From Moniliella sp. 'wahieum' (Eukaryota), in the NCBI GenBank assembly GCA_003971905.1, contig RSEE01000053.1, positions 124,001 through 188,000 on the forward strand: 64,000 bases of DNA, read 5' to 3'. A program made the position numbers and the translations under genes. This document shows, piece after piece, positions 51,133 through 63,230 of the stretch; position 1 is the stretch's first letter; each line of letters begins with the position of its first letter. Under the pieces are notes generated by a model that was not told where the DNA came from, searched no databases, and saw only the letters and a list, made by a program, of their open reading frames with translations.

Positions 51133-52284
51133 GGGCAGCGGGGGCAAGACGGGTGGACGCGGTGGTGAGACGGAAGAGGACGGGATGCGGTGGCCTCGAC
51201 TGACCACTTCGGTTGGTTGGAGCGCTTGCCTGCCGCTCCCACTGCTCCCCACGCAGAGCAGACAGACCCACACATGAGCCCAAGCATCTGCTCTCACTGG
51301 CCCAGTGCCCCGGCTTAATAATCGCAATCCCCGCTCCGCCTGCCCAATTCCGCCCTGCCCCGCCTTTTCCATCCGCACAGAAATATGCCACAGCCGAGAG
51401 GTCACGGTTGTGCACCTCTTGTGGGGTCTTCTATTATAGCTCCCCACCACCACACTGGCTGGCGAGAGAAAGCGCGCAAACGGCACCAGGTTGAGGAAAC
51501 AGAGACTATGTTGGTCTGCGTTATGCTCACCTTTGGGGACATGCATAGTACCGCCTTCGGATACATCCTGTGCAATCCTACAAAGAACGGTGAAGAGATG
51601 TTTTTTCGTACACCCTCGCAGAGCACAGCTTTGATGAGGTGCTACAGGACTGCGTTGCAAGCATTACTCTCCTGGCTAATGTATATGACTTTTTACTTGG
51701 TCATGTGGATGATGTCATGGGCGGGGCCCGGATGGGAGCCCCACCGAAAGTTTAGGGGTGTTTCTCTTTGGAGAGAAGGACGGGCCACTCACGGTTGATG
51801 GAGCCTGAACGCTACTAGCAGATCCTAACGGAGCTAGAGACGAGGCGAGGCTCCTCGATCGGGGCGTCGGCTCGCGTGTCAAGGCTGTGTATGCGCCGGA
51901 ACGAGCAAGACTAGCGTGCCTCTGTAGTCCGTGGTCCTGAAGGGTTGGCCGAATGGTTGATGCACAGGCAACTAAAGGCAGGAGCACGTTACTTCGCGTT
52001 CGCATTACAAGACATCAGAAGTTGGATGTTCCTCAATGGACACATGTAGCATTTACCGGTCTCGTCGCCTCCGGCAGAGCGGGCAGGAACCATGAAAACA
52101 GTTCATATCAAGCTCGATTATAGCTGGCATCGAACTCGGCCTATCGAAAGCGAAGAGAACCGAAATGTGAAGTCAAAAGTCAAGGCATTGAAGAAAAAGA
52201 GAGGCAAGTTAACTTGGGTAGCAATGGTTCGTAAAGAAGAATCAAAAGAGCAGGAGACAGGGAGCATGGAAGACAAGGATAGAG

Positions 52285-53200
52285 AAGAGAGCAAATGTCA
52301 CGGGCGAAGACTGGCTGGCACGCCCAGGGGAGCGTACGCGCTCTCTTCATCTTCCTAATCCCGCCGCTACGGTTTGATTATCGGTTCCAGATCTGATCCG
52401 ATCCGATCTCAGGAGACGGAAGGCCGACTCACGGTAGTTTCGGGCTTGGGCTAGTTGGTGAATCCGAGCGGAGCTAGGGACGAGGAGAGGCCTTTGGTGG
52501 GGCGGCTGCATGTATGGCAAGGCTGCGTCTGCACCGGTTTGGACCGTAGTAACGTGTCTGAAGCCTCCGGGACTCAGGGACGGGAGGAGGCAGCGGCGTT
52601 CAAACACTGGCTTAACTGGGACTGGATATAGAGACTGGAAATCGACGCGGCCAGAGGAGTGCTCGCGCGACTAGACTGACAGATTGCTGGAGGACGAGGT
52701 CGGAGGAGAGTCGAGAGCTAACAAGAGGAGTCTGCCTGTACTGGATCAATTCGCTGGAAAACGGGCAGGAGTCGGACAGGATAGGCGGGAAAGGACGAGA
52801 ATGGAGGGTGGGGAAAAGGATCCCCACCGACCAGAGGTATAGGTTAAATCAAGGGGAAAACGGACACAAGAGGGGCTGTAGAAGAGAAGAAGAAACATCA
52901 AAAGGGGGGGGTTGATCGCCGCAGGCGCGACCGAAAAAGAGAAATAAGCCCCGGTGACGGGCGACGGACGCGACGACAAAGATACTGAATACTTGGTGGC
53001 CTTGTTTAGGCCAACCGACTTAGTCCTGGGTGGGGCGACTGCTGTCGCGCATACGCATGGCTACTCGGGCCACCGTACATTGTTCAACCAACCATCGTCA
53101 AACTTGGTTGGGCTTGGGGAGCGCGCTCCGCTGGGTTGTGCAGAGCAGGCGGGCGTTAGCTTGGCTCAGACCATCTTGCATCCGACGCGGCCCGTAACAC
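52285..53200 (+). mobile_element. Decayed dispersed repeat, copy 2 (inverted relative to 16770-17710)
   Basis: Best-conserved block 52412-52570 vs 17456-17625 (both contain ggtagtttcgggcttgggctagttg). Further matches at 52978-53104 vs 16867-17005. Confidence 0.75.
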
Positions 53201-54780
53201 AGTCGCCTCTTCTATACACTGATGAGAAGCCCCTCCTTCTTCCATAGCCCCACCCGGAACCGCCAATCAGCCCAAGCGTGTAACTACCGTGAGTCCACCT
53301 TAGGACTTGTAAGGGATTGTGGGGGGGGGGGGGCTGCTGGCGGCGCCCACTCGTGACATCAATAGACGTACCAGGCAGAGGAATCGGAAATGGGAGAGCA
53401 TGATCATTTACATAACTGTCAATCACGGTGATATGATGGGAATGAAGCCAGATTTGCGACTGTGATCAGGCCGAGTGTGTATTCATGGGGACCTGCATGC
53501 GTGCATGTGTGCTACAGCAGTGCATCAGGATGGTGGGCCCGGGTTTGTGAAGAATGGACAGCGGAGGTGCATCACAGTGTGCACAGCGTTAAGGGCAAAC
53601 ACGTTGGCTTGCGAGTCAGCTGATGAGCCCGTATTGGCAGGCGGTATTTATTATCGTCCTAACTCTCCTCGACGAGAGTTTGGACTCGTACCCCCCAACC
53701 ACCCACGCCCGAAGGAAAGAGAAGCGCTGCAGGCACCGATTTGCGCCCATGACTTCGGGGCGCACAGGCGAGGTCCTGGCGCCCACGGTGCATTCAACAA
53801 GTATATCGGGAAAAGAAAACGTGCCAATAAGTGTCGTTGTTCCTCTCGAATGTACGGGAGGAAGGGGCAGGAGTAGTGAGTCCATGCCGAGAAGCTCATT
53901 GTTGGGGCACAGGGAGGTCGTCTTTTTCTTTTAAGCGTGGGGATACGCCTTATGAGGGTAGGAGTGTGATACCTCACGGGCGACGGCGGACGGCCAAACC
54001 GGGGTGAGCCCAAGCCCCCCTTATTGCCACCATTTCCTATAGGTTGTGTCCATACACGTAAAGATCGGGTGACTATATTCTGACGTAGTTGCACATTGAA
54101 CAGGACATGCACTCCATGTATTGCATCAAAACGGTGAACATATTCCATTCGATGTGTGCGAACTATATCGAATCCCGTTCGTACGGCCGAGGTCGCCCAT
54201 ACGCTGCTTGTTGTTGTTGGTCTCTATGTACTTTTGGTCACATATAGTTTGGTTGATCCTACTCCCATTCTAATTTCTTCTTCGTTCTCAGCGTCTCGCC
54301 CTTTTCCTGTTTTTCCTCTTCGCTCCATGTCCTCTGCTCACGTTTCTTCCCTACCAGGATTGCTACGTTTCTCCGCCTTTTCCTCTCGACTCTGGTCTCC
54401 CTCGACTTAATCCCGACGACTGTGACACTTTTAATGTGATTACTTTTTCGCGTCTTTGGTCTTGTAATACACAGATGAGCTCTGGTTAATCTTCCGGATC
54501 TATCGTCTCGTTCTCTTCTTGCAAAGCCCTCTCCCCATCCATCCAGTTCCCCTCGTCAACTAGCAATAATGAACTGGACAACCATTTCGTTCCTGTCTAA
54601 GGATGGGAGGGTTATTGTCCCTTCCCTTGCTTCATATGTCTTTGCGTTATTCTTTGCCTTTTTATCTCTATTCTGTAACCATATCATTGACAGAGATTAA
54701 GGCTGGGACAAACAGACGCTTCTGCGCTTGAACCGACCCGTTCATCCGGCGTATGTATTGATTATTAGCGCCAACCCCGT

Positions 54781-56060
54781 TTAAGGAACCAGGGGGATCG
54801 CCAGGATATCAGGACCCTTTGGTGTCCGCCATCTGTTCCTATACACGAGGTAGCGAGTGTGGATATACGGATGAACCCGGTAGACATCCGAGCAGTAAAC
54901 CATCTCTCCATTGAGACTTTCAGTAGTTAATTCCTTCCACTTGCCAAGCGTCTTGCCCGCTGTCTTGGGGGCGTAGTATCCTCGTGTCGTCAAAACTAAA
55001 GGGAAAAACGGTTCGTGGGCGCGTCCCTGGTACTTCACGCACGGTATGTCCATATGGCTTCAGATCCTGCGCAGAACCAAGACAGGGTGTAGGGGCGAGG
55101 GAGAGAGCGTGTGGCTGCCTGCATGCAAAAATCAAAAGGAAGGAAACGAGAAGCAGCGCGCGTAAGTCTCGACAAGACCCCACAAAGGGCTCGAGCAGCT
55201 CCACAGGCGTTCCTGCGCTGCCGTTATGCCACGGTTAACGCCACTGTGGTAAGCGCACCACTGAGACGGAATCTTAACTGAAGGACAAGCATTACTTTCA
55301 TTGCAGTATAACCAACGCAAGCCGTAAATTCGCAAGAGTACTAATAGTATGGATAGAGAAGTCGAGCGTCAAGGGAGGAAAAGGTGGAAGGGAAACCAAT
55401 GTGTATGCCAGCGTTGGTTGGTAGCGATTCAGAGGTGGTTGGTAGGACGAAACAGGCCAGTAGTCTTCGATATGGGAAACAGAGAGGATGGTCGATGAGG
55501 AACACTGTTGGCAAGGCTTTAACCGGGCCGGTAATGAAGCAGTGTAGATATCAGAGCGGGTATGCACGGTATGTAGTAGCTTTGCTGAGAAGTAAAAAGA
55601 CTATATAATAAGCCGCATCAGCCTGTGCTTTCAAGTTGCTGACAGAGTGCACAATGGGGACAGCAGACTGAAGGAGTCTTCTGCAAGACGGGGCAAAATG
55701 GGTATTAAGCATCGTATCATGAGACCATGCGATCATGGCTATAGCTGCCGACGAAGAGGTACGCAACGATGGATAAGTTGCCTGTGGTGATTGCCCGGTG
55801 ATTAGTGAATGTCACTAGGGAATCTCACTCGCCTAAAACAGGACTGGCGCGTGTTTGCAGGGTAGTTCTATTACCAAAAATGTGGGGCGCTGTTGTTTAT
55901 GTCCGGAGATAACCCAACCGCCCCGGAACATAGTGGAGGGATCTGCCCAAACCTGTCGTATAGCCTACTACTTCGCCTTCCCACAGCGAACCTTCTAGAA
56001 CCACTACATACGGCCAACAGGGTCTCACTAATATACGCCCGACCCCGTCGGATACACAAA
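54781..56060 (-). mobile_element. Heavily decayed REL-endonuclease non-LTR retrotransposon (CRE/Cnl1/MoTeR-like)
   Basis: Ordered remnants SLPARL, LVSLPPFPPLTL, C..C...W..H..V, VELLEPFVGSCRDLRA, VKYQGRAHEPFFPLVLTTRG..TLGKWKE. Confidence 0.55.
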
Positions 56061-56149
56061 ACGTAGTTGCCACGCGAGGCTACATTTTGAGTAAGTAGAC
56101 CTCCTCTCCGCTACCTCCGTTCGCCGTCAATGGTGTTTGAGCTTTTGAA

Positions 56150-59100
56150 GAATGAAGCTTGAAGCTAACGCACCCCTAACCTACGGGTCGGGCCTGAGTT
56201 TTCACCTAATGCACATTGCCATGAGCCACGGGGGTTGTGAAACGGAGAAAGGTACTGGGCGAGGTTTTGGAACGATATAGCGACTCACATGTCACAGAGG
56301 CCTTAAGCATGATGCATGAAAGGGGGGGGGGGGGCGTATGGGCGAGTGAGTACTGAGTGGTGATGAAGAAATGAATGAGACGGGGCGCTTCTTCCAGGAA
56401 ATGTCGTCCCGAATCTACAGAATTGCCACACTGCAGCTAGGGGATAGGATACAAGCCTACTGTAGCTACTAACTGTGGTACTTCGAAAGGTGACCGGTGA
56501 CAGTCATATGGGTCGGAGCGTTACGCGTTACCGGCGTTACCATCCCCGTCTCCTTGCCGTACTACTGTGGCAACTATTGGCGTGCCTTTTCTTGCGAACA
56601 CGCAGTACCTTGCCAGCCTGGTTATGATCGATGATCGATGAGTTCGATGAGTACGTATACTGAGTCATGATGCATGATGTATGATGCATGACACCGTGTT
56701 CGGGCAGATTCGGGCAGAACATTGAAAGTTGACCGGTGACCGGTGACCCATGAGAATCCGTATTGAATTCGATGAACGATGTCGATGAATGTATGACGTT
56801 TGAAGCTTCGTTGGACGTTGAGTACGTTGAATATTGAATGAACTGAGTACTGACTGAAGCACCAGAATGAGAGGGTGGCAAAAAGGCGAAGCTGGCCCGA
56901 CCGAGCTTGGCGCTGCAGGGCGCTGCTTGGTGCCTGGCGGCCTAGCCGAGCTGACTTCCACAGTGTGCGGCAGTCAGCGCTGACGGTCAGCGGTCAGTAC
57001 GTCAGTTCTCAGAGGCGGTTGCCGTCGCTCTTTCGCGGCCTTTGGCGGCTGCGCCGCTCCGTCAGGGTATCAATCAGTTCACGATCACAACATCACGATC
57101 GTTGAGAACATACAGGGTCCATCGGACCCACGTCAGCGCGTCAGCTCCCGCTTGCTCCCGCCTGCTCCCGCGCGACGTCTATAATAGGATCCTTTTGATG
57201 CGGTCCAGGTGTATTGGCGTGCACCGCTTTCGCCGTGAACGTACGCACTCCAGCGCTCAGATTGAGCATGATCGATGTTCTCAATGCCTCTGATCGTTAG
57301 TCGATGATATGTGCTATGAGGCTTATGATGCTTGTGATGCTTGTGATGCTTGTGATGCGTGATGCATAACCGGCATAACCGGCATAACCGGCATACTCGG
57401 CATAATCGGCATAACGGTGGCGATAGCATATCCAGGCAACAACCTCGGCCGCATAACAAATGGCATGGATTTATTCAGCGGTGTTTCCTCCGCTTTAGGT
57501 TCAACGTTCAGGCCCTCCCGGGCGTGGTAGCCAGTTAGCTCCTTAAGGGGGAGGTGCTAACGTCCTCTCTTTCCTGGTTCTTCTGCATGTACCTGCAGTC
57601 TAAATCCTTCCAACCCCCATTCACGTGCGAATGCTCGCTATAAACATTAAACGTTAAACGTCATTCGGGCTGATCCTAAACCCTGTTGAGCCCCTGTCCC
57701 ACCTTATTCCCGTCGTCTGTTCGACCCCGCCCGAAGGTGGGCAATCTGAGACTCTTATTGCAGCAAAATTACTAATGGAAGGGTCCAGCGCGAAAGGACG
57801 GCGCGGGTTCCAGATTCGCTGTCCGCGGGTGTGAAGCCATGCATGCACCAACATGTATGGACACCAGGCACCAAAAGAAATGCTTAATCGATGTACTCGA
57901 TGAGCTCAACCCCCCCCGCCGTGTGCCTGAATTGACCTCGCTTCTTCCGACCTGTGTGGCAACATTCCAAGACAAAACATAATTGTGGTTGCCTCAGCGC
58001 CTCAGCCATCAGTACTCAGTTCCAGCCAGTTCCAGCCACACTGCCCCACCTTGCCTCAAGCCCCCCTCTCATTCACGCATCTGCAGAAAAAACTGTTGTG
58101 CAATCGTCAAATTTGTTAAATCTCGATCTCTACCAATTGTAATCATACGAGATTGACAGAGCTTAAGGCTGGGACGCGGGAGAAGAAACGCTGCACCTAA
58201 TAAACCGACCTCCTGATCCATTAAATCGGGGTCGATCGTGTGCCACTTAATAAGCACGGCCAGGTTGCGACGGTGACCGGCTTCACCGATCGCGGTGCAC
58301 TTCCGGCATCATTTGCATCATTAATCATTAGCCCCGAGGCTCCGCGGACTCCGAGGGGTGCTGATGAGCGTGTACCAGCGTAAGCTAACGACTAGTAGCC
58401 TTGTCCGGTAGCCCTCGTTCTGCTTCCTACCACCAACGCCTATCTCTCGCCCGCAATTCATCGCCTACGCTGCTGTCCTAAACGCTTCAGCATCCATTGC
58501 GTTCTCCACAGCCGAGTGGACCATGACGTCGCTACAAGTCTGCATTGGTCAGAAAAAATTGCCCAGCGCTTTGATAATACTCTGCACAGTGTATAAGTCG
58601 CGCGATACGAGTGTGAGGCCACAAGTAAAGGGAAGAAGCAAAGGATGCGCTGATAGGGGAAAGGAGGACACAATCGGCGAAGAACAGTGAGAAGATTTGC
58701 CTGATTAGCTACGAGGACCGTGACACAGGGTTTTGACAGTCCTTATCCTGGCATTTATTGCAACGCTTCCTACTGTCATCGCCAAGTAGTCCAGCCCAGT
58801 TCAACCCCGCAACCATAACCACCCTTCTCCCCCCCCTCTCCACCCAATGGCCGTCCCATGCTGCGCAATGCATCTCATCCTGCACAGCAGCGGCGCCTCC
58901 AGCTCCGACTTTCCTTCCCTCTTCTATTGCCCGCTTTTTACCCTGCTCTGCCCCGTACGCACGTTTTCATGGGACGTGTGGGTTTCCATGTAACCTTTGT
59001 AGTGCAACAGGGAGGGAAGAAAGGGGATCGAGCCGGAAAGAGATAATCAACCCTGTGCGCGCAAGAGGCGGAACAATGAGGCCTGTGGCAGGAGAAGTGC

Positions 59101-62100
59101 AAGGAGAAGTGACTAGTGACGGGTTTGGCGCCAAGAGCAGTACAAGAGCAGCACACACAGGTCGGTTCCCATCAGCTGCATCCGCCTCATTGATCGGTAA
59201 ACGTTGTGACGCGGGAGTGTTACACATCAGGTATCGATTGATTGAATATTGATATTGACCGGTGACCGATGACCGGTGACCACCGATATCCCAAATCCCT
59301 TCTCAGATTCATATACCAGTGCTCAGCGCTCAGCCGCTCAGCGCCCATCATGCATCATGCATAGTTGCAACTAAAACCCAAGAGTGTTTGTGCTCGACGG
59401 TTGAGACCCTAGCGTGAGGGCATGAGCACATGTGGCGCTTGGCGCAGGGCGCAGCATTCTGGCCACAATGCCACCCGTCCCAGATCCTCAATCACCGAAT
59501 ACCGATCACCGGGCACACTTCAAGCTTCAGCGCTTCAGCGTGCCAGACGTCGTATGTGTCGCATCCGAAGGTCTGTATGCTCGGCAAAAAGCGTCAATAG
59601 CTGACCCGCGGTCCCACAGAATGTGTTTCGTCGGAGTGCGGACGCATCGAGTATGGCGAATGTCTGAACGCACTGAACTCGAACGGGTAGATTTTAGAAC
59701 GCCTTAATTCTGCTGGGCGTGCTCTCATGCACATGGGCTTCGGCCTCACCGGTCACCCAATGCGCGCGAAGCGCGGAGCCTCTCAGCCTGTGGCCTGAGC
59801 GCCTGAGCCCGTTACGCGTTACGGTTGTCTGCAATAGTCATCAAATAAATTGAGTCCCATGATGCATGACATGTGACATGTGACATGCGACAAGACATGG
59901 GCAAAGAGGAAGAGGGGCGAGCGGGTGCGATGCATCTCAATCCCACAGGCGGCAGGCTCAAGTCATGCATCAGTACTCAGTACCGGTCAGCGCGTCCCCA
60001 TCAATATGACAGTGACTAGTGACGCGTGACGCGTGACGCGTGACTGACTCGTGGAATGCTGCGTATGAATATGACACGCGACATGTTGCAAACATTCATA
60101 CTTGCAGCATGCGGCGTGTGGCACACAATCAGGTACAAATCCGGGAGGCTTGGAGCTTGGATTGAAGCTTGAAGTCAAGCTTCACAATGGTCACTGGTCG
60201 TATGTCGCTGTCACCGGTCACCGGTCACTAGTCACTAGTCCCTTGCCCTTGTCATTAATCATTAAATATTGATCGATGGTCGATGATCGCCGATCCCATG
60301 TTTCTCGATCCCATGTATCTGACACCATGCACCACGCACCATACCTTAGGCCTTAGGAGGCCTCCTCTTAGGCCTTACGCTAAAGCGTTATATGCCATCA
60401 TGTAAACTAGTTACTCGTTCCTCGCAGTGTTGCCGGCACGCGCTAAACGTTAGCGTTACCGGTTACCGGTTATCCGTCGGTTCCCAGGGGACACCGGGCG
60501 AAACCGGGTCGTCCTGCTTCTTTAAGCTTTAAGCTTTAAGCCCGTAAACGTTAAACACCAGCATCCGGTCCACCATATCTTCTGAGATCCTCAGATCTAA
60601 GTCTGAGATCTGACATGCTGACAGGGTACCCTGAACTTCAGGCCCTGAGGCCTGAGGTCTGGGGTATGATATACGATGCATGGTGAATGATGCAAGCGAC
60701 CCCCTGAGGGAGGCCTGAGCCTCAGGCCTGGGGAGCTTAGCGCTTAGCCCTTAGGCCTTACTGGAGCTTCAGATGTGAGCCTCACAGCTGAGCCGCGTCA
60801 ACGCCAACGCATCAATGCATCAGCCACGCTATTCATCATGCACCACCAACCCCTCCCCCCCCCCAGCGCACCCTGCATCATTTGCGCCACAGTCTCAATG
60901 TTCGTTGAACTTGAAGCTTGAAGCTTGAGATCTGAGAGCGTGAGGCTTGAAGCTTGAGTCAGGCCACAGAGCCTCAGCTTCCTCCGCAAGATCATCGATC
61001 ACAGCGCTGCAGGCCCATCGACTAGCCGTAGCAGACCAAAACCACCATCATGCATCATGCTCGCCCAGACTACTAGACAGGGAAAATGAGAGGATCGCTG
61101 CCATTCGCCTTTCTGGCATTCTAGCGTTGCTCCATACCGGTCTTACACCACTTCTCTCCATGCATCTATTCTCTTGGTACCTGGCCTACTTCGCATATAC
61201 CCGCTCTTTCATTTCATGCCGAGAGATGTGAAGCATAATGCATGTAATGTGTGACACGTGACGGATGATCGAGGACATGGACAGGACCAAGGCTTGTGAC
61301 ATGTGACATGCGACATTTCGCGCGTGATATATGGCACGCCATGCACGCCATGCACCACGCTTGACATGGACACGTGACAAAAGTGACGTCGTGACCTGGT
61401 GGCACGTGTCACATGTTAGCCTTTCAAGCTTCAAGCTTCAAGCTTCAAGCTTCAAGCTTCACACGTTCACGCCTAACTTGCTCCATGTATCGAGTATCAG
61501 CTACCCCACCCCCGTCCTCAGGTATCTGATCTCAGAGCGCGGAGAATCCGCGCCCACGAACACCCAAGAGATTAATCGTCGTCGATATATACACGTTAGT
61601 AAAAACGCGGAGGCCACATGCATTCGTCAAACTCGTCACGCGTCACCCCATGTCACGAACTGCATATCATACACGGCCGTCACGTAATGCGTAACGATGC
61701 ATGGAATGCATAATGGAGGAGGCACGAGATACTGAGATCTGTGGTACCACGGAATCTAATATGTCCCCCGTGGGATGCTCCCGTGCAGAAGCCGGCCTTT
61801 CAGGTTATCGAGAGGATATGTGCTGCAGAATCAAGTCAACGTTTAACGTTTAACGATCTACTCTTCTTGCTCACCATCTGGCTCAATTATCGATTCCCGC
61901 CGGGTTAAATTTAAACGTTAAGGCTTTTAAATTTTAAGGCTTATGGCTTAAGCCGCTTAAGCTTAAGCCGCTTAAGGCGTAAGGCGTAAGCGTAAGGCCT
62001 AATTGGCACTCGGCCTAACCGGCCTAACCGGCCTAACCAGTAACCTAGTAACCCGGCCGAACACGGCCTAACATGGAACAGGGCCTAAGGTTTAACAGGG

Positions 62101-63230
62101 CTTAACACGTGAAGCATCGTGCGTATCACCCGTCAGATATCAGATGATCGATGAGGGCGCTGCGGCGCTCAGGCGCGCTGAGGCTCAGCCCTGGGCTGAG
62201 CGCCCTGAGCCTCAGGTTCTCTGGTTGAACCGCTCAGACGTACCCAGGCGCTCAGGCTCAGGTCTTAGCCTCCACGTGGAATATGCATACGGGCCTCTAC
62301 GTTGACTAACATCGTTATGTTGCGTCAGTAGGGTTGTGTTGTCGGGTAATTGATTTAGTCGCTTAAATATTCAACGCTAAGTTCCAAGTCACTAGTCACT
62401 GTAATTAGCCACTAGTACTGTGTGGCAGTGGAAGGCGAGCAAGGCAGGGGAAAAGATGGTGTGGATGCGATCAGGAGGAAGGCAGCCCGGAGGCCCAACA
62501 GGAAGGGGCGGAACGGAGGCGAAAGGCGAAAGGGCCGCTCGCACATGGAGCTAACAATAGTCACTAGTAGTCACTCTCGTCCACACGTTTCAAACATTCA
62601 CACAATCCCCATCCTGCTCCGTGAGGCTGGCATCGATCGCGTCCCCGGATCATCGATCATCGACCATCGACCATCCGCCTCACATCATCACACGACCCTA
62701 GCCAACCCTCGGACATGCACCATGCACCATGCATCATGCATCATGCATCATGCGTGGTCTGTGGCCTGCCGCATGAGTGATGTGGCTGGTGACTAGGGAC
62801 TAGGGACTAGTGACTTCATCTGCATCATGCACATCATGCATCCGATACCATCCAGCACGTGTCGCCGGTCACACATCATCTGTGGGCTCTACACTTGGGT
62901 GCTAACATCGTCGGCGGCGGAGCAATGACGGGCAGCAGGCCGCTGGCTACCAGCTCCAAACAGCTGGAGCTGGAGCTGAAGCTAGCTCAGTACTGAGACT
63001 CAGTTGAGTGTGCTCAGCCGCTGACGCTGGAAACTAGCTTGAATTGCGGCAACGCTGAGCGTCAGTGGAACGTTGAACCTGAATGTGCAAGCGAAAAAGC
63101 TTCAGCGCAAAAGCCCAGATGTCTTCGAAGCCTGAACAAGCGCAAGCCTCCCCGATCATCTCGATCTCCCGGCTTTAGATCTTCAGAGCTTCATCCTTCA
63201 AGCTTCAAGCTTCGAACATCAAGCTTCGAG
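56150..63230. repeat. Gene-free tract dense in (TNA + palindrome)n micro-arrays
   Basis: Dozens of short arrays, e.g. 56625, 56730, 59860, 59963, 60013, 60211, 60456, 60522, 61423-61461 (TTCAAGC)5.6, 61836, 61905, 62734, 63196. No recognisable ORF. Confidence 0.9.

Noticed and set aside
51940..52010. tRNA/SINE-like A box (TGGCCGAATGG) with weak B box
   Set aside because: No cloverleaf pairing and a poor B box.
53430..54150. Possible DDE transposase or viral fragment (NEARF, RCITVCTAL)
   Set aside because: Motifs are too short and in different frames; cannot be assigned without a search.
62013..62053. Telomere-like CCTAAC/TAACC units
   Set aside because: The unit is a 9-mer (ggcctaacc), only three copies, with no (CCCTAA)n array.
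56150..63230. CRISPR array or synthetic polylinker (many restriction-site hexamers)
   Set aside because: No repeat-spacer structure or cas genes. The sites are tandem, degenerate, all A..T-bounded and spread through native intergenic DNA.
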